Assembly: GCA_009773565.1 (NCBI GenBank)
Contig: WSXY01000002.1
Coordinates: forward strand, 357,805 to 381,804
DNA from: Actinomycetota bacterium
GTDB lineage: Bacteria > Actinomycetota > Coriobacteriia > Anaerosomatales > Anaerosomataceae
DNA: 24,000 bases
Direction: 5' to 3'
Shown here piece after piece: positions 19,521 through 24,000 of this stretch (positions are counted from its first letter, which is position 1; every line of letters begins with the position of its first letter). Under the pieces are notes generated by a model, which saw nothing but the letters and a program-made list of their open reading frames with translations, searched no databases and was not told the origin of the DNA. The position numbers were made by a program, and so were the translations under genes.

Positions 19521-19985
19521 ATGCCTGCATTCGTCGCTGACCTTCCCGCATGGCTCAAGTACATCGTCATCACCATCATTCCGTGGATCGAGTTGCGTGG
19601 TGCGATTCCGCTCGCGTTCCAGCAGCACGAGCAGCTGTACCTGCCGCTCATCTTGCTCTCCAACCTCGCCATCTTCTGGCCGGGCTACTACTTCCTCGAG
19701 CTCGTCTATCATCGGCTTCCTGAAGGCGGCTGGGTTCACCGCAAACTCGAGAGCGTCCGCGCGAAGGCGCATCCTCTTGTCGAGAAGTACGGCGTCGTTG
19801 GACTTGCCGTGTTCGTGGCGATTCCGCTGCCGGGAACAGGCGCGTACTCGGGTACTGCGGCCTCGTGGTTGCTCAAGATGGAGCCCAAGAAGGCGTTTCT
19901 TGCCGTCTCACTTGGTGTTGTGGGCGCGTTCCTGATCGTCTGGGCAGCCACTGCGGCCGTTGCCGCCGGCATCAGCCTCTTCTGA
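19521..19985 (+). CDS. Small membrane protein of the putative small multidrug export family (Sm_multidrug_ex-like)
   Basis: IIPWIELRGAIPLAF and AIPLPGTGAYSGTAASWLL are the motifs I associate with this family. It has 4 predicted TM segments, and an RBS AAGGAG lies 9 nt upstream. Confidence 0.7.
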   Translation: MPAFVADLPAWLKYIVITIIPWIELRGAIPLAFQQHEQLYLPLILLSNLAIFWPGYYFLELVYHRLPEGGWVHRKLESVRAKAHPLVEKYGVVGLAVFVAIPLPGTGAYSGTAASWLLKMEPKKAFLAVSLGVVGAFLIVWAATAAVAAGISLF

Positions 19986-20004
19986 GCCGCGGTCACATCG
20001 GGGC

Positions 20005-20853
20005 ATGGGTACGCGACTCCCATATGGCACACCCTTTGGATTCGGGCTGACGTTCGTTTCGCCGGAAGCACTGGCGGCCTTTGCGCCTGAGGGTGTGTCT
20101 CCAGTCGAGGCGCTCGTCGGCGCCTGCAAGGAGCTCGACGCGGCCTTTGCATTCGTTCCCTCGTGGGAGACGTGGGCGCCCGATGCTGTGACGGCGCTTC
20201 GTACTGCGGGCGTGAGCGTCTTCTGGGCCGTCGAGGGCCCGCTCTGGCCCGTGCTCGAGGTGCGAGGACTCCAGGACGGTCTTCGGGCTACCCTGACCCA
20301 TCCGGATGACGTTGCGCGCGAGATGCGCGATGGTGTCGAGCAGGTCATCGCGGATGTACACCGCGGACTCGTGCTGGGCGTCTCGGCGGTCGTCATCGCC
20401 GAGGACCTTGCGGGCTCCGAGGGGCCGCTCGTTGCGCCGGACTTCGCCATAGACGTTCTCACACCGATGCTCGCGGAGATCGTGGGCGTTGCGAACGGCT
20501 TCGGTGCGCCGACAGTCCTGCATTCCGACGGCGAGATCCGCTGGCTGCTTCCGGCTATCAAGCGCGCCGGGTTCGCCGGCATCCATGGCGGTGGCGGACT
20601 GTCGTTTGATGCATTCGAGCGCCTCTTTCGGGCCGCTCACGCTCTCGAGATCGCGGTCATCGGCGGGCTCCCGACCGCGGACCTCCTCGGAGGAACCGCT
20701 CAGGCTGAGATGCTTGGCAGCCGCGTGGGTATGCTCGCCCGCGCCGGTGGACTCCTCGTTGCCGATGATGGCGGCATCACGACGAAGGATGAAGTTCTCT
20801 CATTGCGAGATGCGCTTGTGGTTGCTCGCGCGGCCGCGGGCGGTCGATCCTAA
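20005..20853 (+). CDS. Uroporphyrinogen decarboxylase (URO-D)-like / methyltransferase-like TIM-barrel protein (weak assignment)
   Basis: Coding-like composition. The segment ...VLHSDGEIRWLLPAIKRAGFAGIHG... resembles the HSDG/HSCG region of URO-D-family proteins. The start is uncertain (ATG 20005 versus ATG 19960, which overlaps the upstream gene). Confidence 0.5.
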   Translation: MGTRLPYGTPFGFGLTFVSPEALAAFAPEGVSPVEALVGACKELDAAFAFVPSWETWAPDAVTALRTAGVSVFWAVEGPLWPVLEVRGLQDGLRATLTHPDDVAREMRDGVEQVIADVHRGLVLGVSAVVIAEDLAGSEGPLVAPDFAIDVLTPMLAEIVGVANGFGAPTVLHSDGEIRWLLPAIKRAGFAGIHGGGGLSFDAFERLFRAAHALEIAVIGGLPTADLLGGTAQAEMLGSRVGMLARAGGLLVADDGGITTKDEVLSLRDALVVARAAAGGRS

Positions 20854-20902
20854 GCGCGTCCTGTAGGCCGCAGCCTGTGCGTCTGAATCGGGACTTGATG
20901 CA

Positions 20903-20930
20903 AACGGGGCACCCCTGAGGGTGCCCCGTT
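20903..20930. terminator. 12-bp GC-rich hairpin between convergent genes, likely a bidirectional terminator
   Basis: AACGGGGCACCC-CTGA-GGGTGCCCCGTT lies between the URO-D-like stop (20853) and the in-frame-restored dsrK-like stop (20955). The frame-A ORF of dsrK-like would read straight through it. Confidence 0.55.
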
Positions 20931-20954
20931 GTGGTTCTCGGTCGCGTGGCTCGT

Positions 20955-22155
20955 CTATGCGTGCGTGGGCTTCTTGCCCTTGAGCGGCATCGCTTCGACC
21001 ACGAGGTCGATGACCTGACGTACATCGATACCCAGATCGTGGAGTGTGTTGAGTTCCTCGATCGAGACGCGTCTCGGTGAACTCCTCCATCGCGACGATG
21101 CCACCGCCGCCACCGCAGCACCATTGCTGCTCGCGGTTGGGCGTAAGGTCGACGAAGTTGTCGGTGAGCGACTGCACGATATCGCGCGGCTGCTCGAAGA
21201 TGCCGCCGTTGCGACCGATCTGACAGGGGTCGTGATAGGTGACGGTGCCTGTGAGAAGGCCCTTCTCGACGGTGATGCTGCCATCTTTGATGTACTCGTC
21301 TACCTTCTCAAGGATGTGGCTCACCTTGAAGGGCATCTTCTCCTTCGACCACGCCTCGTAGAAGAGTTCGAGCACCCGGTATGCGTGTCCGCACTCGGGA
21401 ACCACGATCTCCTTCACGCCGAGACGCTTGGCCTCGTCGATGAAGCGCTTTGTGATGAGACGCGCCTTCTCGATATCCCCGTCGAAGAAGCCGTAGTTGG
21501 CCGCTTCGAACATCGAGATCGTCCAGTTGGCGCCGGCCTCTTCGAAGATGACGGCTGCAGGTCGGATCGAGTGCGCGCCGGCAAGCGCGACGTAGAGGAT
21601 GTCGGCGCCCTGCTTGTCCACCGGGACCTGCGCGTTCGGGTTGCCCGTGATCTCCTGCACCTCGACTTCGATGTCCTTGAAGCCGCTTACGATAACGTCT
21701 TTGAACATCTCGACGTTGTCGCCCTTGAAGAGCGCGGCGTCGGCGAGCTGTCCGAGCATCTCGTTACCGCGCCCGGCCGCGATGAGGATCGCCTTGGCGA
21801 CCGAGAGAATCCATGCGGTGTCGATCGAGAATGGGCAGTAGTACATACAGCGACGGCAGCCGGTGCATGCATACGTGGAGTCGTAGAGTTCGTCGAGAAG
21901 GTTGTCATCGGGATCGCGGGCTTCGTAAAGCGCCGGCACGAACTCGCCGGTCTTCGTGAAGTACTTCTTGTAGATCTGCCGGATGAGTTCTGCACGGCGG
22001 GCGGGGAGGTACTTGAAGTCGCCGGTTCCCACGTACTGGTGACACGCATCTTTGCAGATCGCACATCGCGCGCAGATGTCCATGTACTGCTTGAGCTGGC
22101 GGTTCATCTTCTTGTCGATGACGCCCGTGAGGGTCGTGAGCTGCGTTGAGTCCAT
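20955..22155 (-). pseudogene. DsrK/HdrD-like Fe-S oxidoreductase (2x[4Fe-4S] ferredoxin motifs plus CCG domain), frame-disrupted near 21063. The track calls it as one ORF 20800..22164
   Basis: CARCAICKDAC and CTGCRRCMYYCP are followed by HDPC-X34-CCGGGGG. After ...EEFTETRL the called frame becomes R/G/S/P-rich nonsense, crosses the terminator hairpin and overlaps the convergent gene. Another frame (ORF 20955..21284) continues with the plausible ending IEELNTLHDLGIDVRQVIDLVVEAMPLKGKKPTHA. The expected CxxC about 35 aa after CC is missing. ATG 22155 (RBS GAGGAG 8 nt upstream) is preferred to GTG 22164. Confidence 0.6.
21063..21076. repeat. Perfect 14-bp palindrome CGAGACGCGTCTCG at the dsrK-like frame break, overlapping a second palindrome CTCGATCGAG (21057-21066)
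   Basis: Read directly from the sequence. The frame switch maps to the G at 21063. Confidence 0.9.
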
Positions 22156-22156
22156 G

Positions 22157-22882
22157 CTACTCACTCCTCACAAGGTTGGACGAGAAGGCGCCGATCGAAT
22201 GCACCAGCTTGCTGAACGGGAAGTACATCAGAAACAAGTCCGTGAACAGCATGTGCGTGCCGAGCGAGATCCCGACGTTGCTCTCAAGCAGCTTAGCCGG
22301 GAAGGCGGGCTTGAACGTCATCACGCTCATGAACCACTCGCGATAGGTTGCAGCGTGCACGATGTCGCCGTACACGAACCGCATGTGGTCGCCCATGGCT
22401 ATCACGCCGAGCAGCAAGAAGAGCAGCAGGTAGTCCTCGGGGACCGAGAGGTTCTTGAACGGGCCGTAGGTGCGGCGACCGATCCAGTACAGCACGCCGA
22501 CGAGCATGATGATCCCGGCAATGCTGCCGGACCATGCGGCAAACGAGTTCATGCCCGCCTCGCCGAGCAGCTCGGGCAGGATCGGGAACTCTCGGAAGAG
22601 GCGTGCGTGCCCCACGAACGCGCCCAGTGCTGCGATGTGAAACGCGAAGGCGAACAGCCACATCGTCGGCTCGATCTTGAATGACTGAGGCGCGATGAAC
22701 GTGTCGGTGAGCATCTTGCTGAAACGACCGGCGCCAGTCTTTGGCTTCGGGAACATGCCAAGGCGTATGGGCGACTTAGGGGTCGTCGCCCACTGATAGA
22801 TGCGCCAGGCCATCCCGCCGAAGAACACCACGGCCGTCAGGTAGATGCCCCAGACGGAGGTGATCCAGAGGTAGGTTTCCAT
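22157..22882 (-). CDS. DsrM/HdrE/NarI-like integral membrane cytochrome b (quinol-interacting subunit)
   Basis: 241 aa with ~5-6 TM helices and conserved His pairs (FAFHIAALGAFVGHARL, GDHMRF, LGTHMLF) as in the nitrate-reductase-gamma fold. Its TAG lies 1 nt before the dsrK-like ATG. Confidence 0.8.
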   Translation of the reverse strand: METYLWITSVWGIYLTAVVFFGGMAWRIYQWATTPKSPIRLGMFPKPKTGAGRFSKMLTDTFIAPQSFKIEPTMWLFAFAFHIAALGAFVGHARLFREFPILPELLGEAGMNSFAAWSGSIAGIIMLVGVLYWIGRRTYGPFKNLSVPEDYLLLFLLLGVIAMGDHMRFVYGDIVHAATYREWFMSVMTFKPAFPAKLLESNVGISLGTHMLFTDLFLMYFPFSKLVHSIGAFSSNLVRSE

Positions 22883-22890
22883 GGTTGTCT

Positions 22891-23133
22891 CTACTTGACG
22901 CGCTTGACGAGGAAGACGAACTCTCCGCCGACCTTCTCGGCCTGCAGGACCTCGTTACCGGTCGACTTCGCCCACGCGGGGATGTCGGCCATCGCGCCCG
23001 GGTCGGTTGCGACTGCACGGATGACGCCGCCTACCTCGACCTTGCCGATGTTCTGGCTGACTTTCACCATCGGGAGCGGGCAGAGCAGGCCTTTGAGGTC
23101 GAGTTCCAGGTCGACTTTGGTCTCATCGGACAT
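22891..23133 (-). CDS. TusA/SirA-family sulfur carrier protein
   Basis: 80 aa with LDLKGLLCPLPMVKVSQNI (the CPxP active-site motif) and ...DPGAMADIPAWAKSTGNEV. The RBS is AAGGAGA. Confidence 0.88.
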   Translation of the reverse strand: MSDETKVDLELDLKGLLCPLPMVKVSQNIGKVEVGGVIRAVATDPGAMADIPAWAKSTGNEVLQAEKVGGEFVFLVKRVK

Positions 23134-23151
23134 GGTGGTCTCCTTTCACGG

Positions 23152-23169
23152 GTCGCGCGTTCGCGCGAC
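23152..23169. repeat. 18-nt palindrome GTCGCGCGTTCGCGCGAC in the dsrE-like/tusA-like spacer (intercistronic hairpin or operator)
   Basis: Read directly from the sequence. It lies 19 nt upstream of the tusA-like ATG, just 5' of its RBS. Confidence 0.6.
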
Positions 23170-23205
23170 GGTGCGCTGACTGTGCAGTGGGGTTCGCTTT
23201 TGCGG

Positions 23206-23694
23206 CTAGATGAACAGAGAGATATCCGCTTCCTGGGCCTTCAGGAGGAAGAAGCCGACACCAACAGGCTCCTTGACGCCCCCAATGAAGGACTCCTGCG
23301 GAATCTCCATTACATCCATGGACATCTGGCACCCGTACATGTTGACGCCGAGGTCGATGGCAAGGTCGCGAAGGTCGATGAGTTTGCTTACGTTGTGATT
23401 ACCCATCATCTTCCCGAACATCCAGCGACCCATCCCACCGAAGCCGAATTTCGAGGGGTTTGACTTGGTGATGTCCCCGCCGTACATCAGGCCGAGCATA
23501 CGACCGAAGAATGTCTTGCCAGTGCTGACGTTCTTCTTGAGCGCGCGCAGGCCCCAGAATGTGAAGAACATGGTGACTTCCATGCCCATCGCGGCCGCGC
23601 CCGTTGCAATGATGAAAGCGCCGAACAGCTTGTCCATATCGCCGCTCATGACCACCATCGCGAGACTCTTCTGATGGCTCTCTTCTTCCGACAT
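23206..23694 (-). CDS. DsrE/DsrF-like (DrsE_2 / YrkE-type) sulfur-transfer family protein
   Basis: LAMVVMSGDMDKLFGAFIIATGAAAMGMEVTMFFTFWGL...NMYGCQMSMDVMEI...EADISLFI matches the family, including the conserved Cys in YGCQMSMD. The RBS is AAGGAGG. Confidence 0.85.
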   Translation of the reverse strand: MSEEESHQKSLAMVVMSGDMDKLFGAFIIATGAAAMGMEVTMFFTFWGLRALKKNVSTGKTFFGRMLGLMYGGDITKSNPSKFGFGGMGRWMFGKMMGNHNVSKLIDLRDLAIDLGVNMYGCQMSMDVMEIPQESFIGGVKEPVGVGFFLLKAQEADISLFI

Positions 23695-23735
23695 CGTGCG
23701 GTCCTCCTTTGTGACTCAGGGTATTTCCACGGCCC

Positions 23736-24000
23736 TCAGGCCGTTTTTGCCTTCTCAGATTCGTCGGTTCCGGCGGTTCGAGCCTGTTCTCCAAGTGATT
23801 CTCGGAGAACATCGGTGATGAGATCGAATGCTGTGATGATCTTAGGGTTCGCGATCGCGTAGTAGATGCTGCTTCCCGCGCGCCGGGTTCGAACCACACC
23901 GCGACTGCGGAGGATGGAGAGGTGTTGGGAAAGCGTCGCCTGGGGGATGTCCGTTTGGCTTGCGATCTCACCGACGGAAACCTCCCCGTCTCGCAGGCGG
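23736..24000 (-). CDS. ArsR/SmtB-family HTH transcriptional regulator, 5'-truncated by the window edge (absent from the ORF track because no start codon lies in the window)
   Basis: The minus-strand frame from 23999 reads RLRDGEVSVGEIASQTDIPQATLSQHLSILRSRGVVRTRRAGSSIYYAIANPKI...EKAKTA and stops at TGA 23736-23738. The HTH-wing pattern is typical ArsR. The stop lies 41 nt upstream of the dsrE-like ATG. Confidence 0.8.
   Translation of the reverse strand, partial: RLRDGEVSVGEIASQTDIPQATLSQHLSILRSRGVVRTRRAGSSIYYAIANPKIITAFDLITDVLRESLGEQARTAGTDESEKAKTA

Noticed and set aside
21063-21076. The palindrome CGAGACGCGTCTCG consists of back-to-back type IIS sites (GAGACG/CGTCTC) around an ACGCGT core, and resembles a cloning scar.
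   Set aside because: A 14-bp GC-rich palindrome can arise naturally in this composition. No vector-like sequence flanks it, and both sides are contiguous dsrK-like coding sequence. I record it as the deletion junction only, not as evidence of engineering.
23399-23971. 190-aa minus-strand ORF spanning the dsrE-like 5' half and the arsR 3' region.
   Set aside because: It is out of frame with both well-supported genes, and its product is R/P/S-rich. It is explained by the arsR (23736..24000) and dsrE-like (23206..23694) reading frames.

Overview
GC-rich bacterial chromosome, densely coded, with a Gram-positive style gene order; an anaerobic Actinomycetota/Coriobacteriia-like origin is only an inference. 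Most of it is housekeeping. On the plus strand: a 5'-truncated SARP-type regulator, a small membrane protein, then secA-prfB-PHP phosphatase-yitT-like-split transketolase (N and C subunits), then ftsE-ftsX-S41 peptidase. Next comes a ribosome-rescue/RNA-turnover neighbourhood: rnr, an inserted vapBC toxin-antitoxin pair, an M42 peptidase, smpB, tmRNA (ssrA) and a convergent arfB. The right end carries a minus-strand operon: arsR-family regulator, DsrE-like, TusA-like, DsrM-like membrane cytochrome b and DsrK/HdrD-like Fe-S protein. I see no rRNA, tRNA, CRISPR array, transposase or integrase. Four observations deserve a second look. (1) TAG terminates 19 of the 26 genes whose ends I can place, the reverse of normal bacterial usage. 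(2) The RF2 encoded here has SPT in place of the canonical SPF stop-codon-recognition tripeptide. (3) The ArsR/DsrE/TusA/DsrMK-like module may be an uncharacterised quinol-linked sulfur-relay reductase. (4) Its dsrK-like gene is frame-disrupted at a 14-bp palindrome and lacks the final CxxC of its CCG domain. All protein assignments rest on motifs read from the translations, and no database search was possible.
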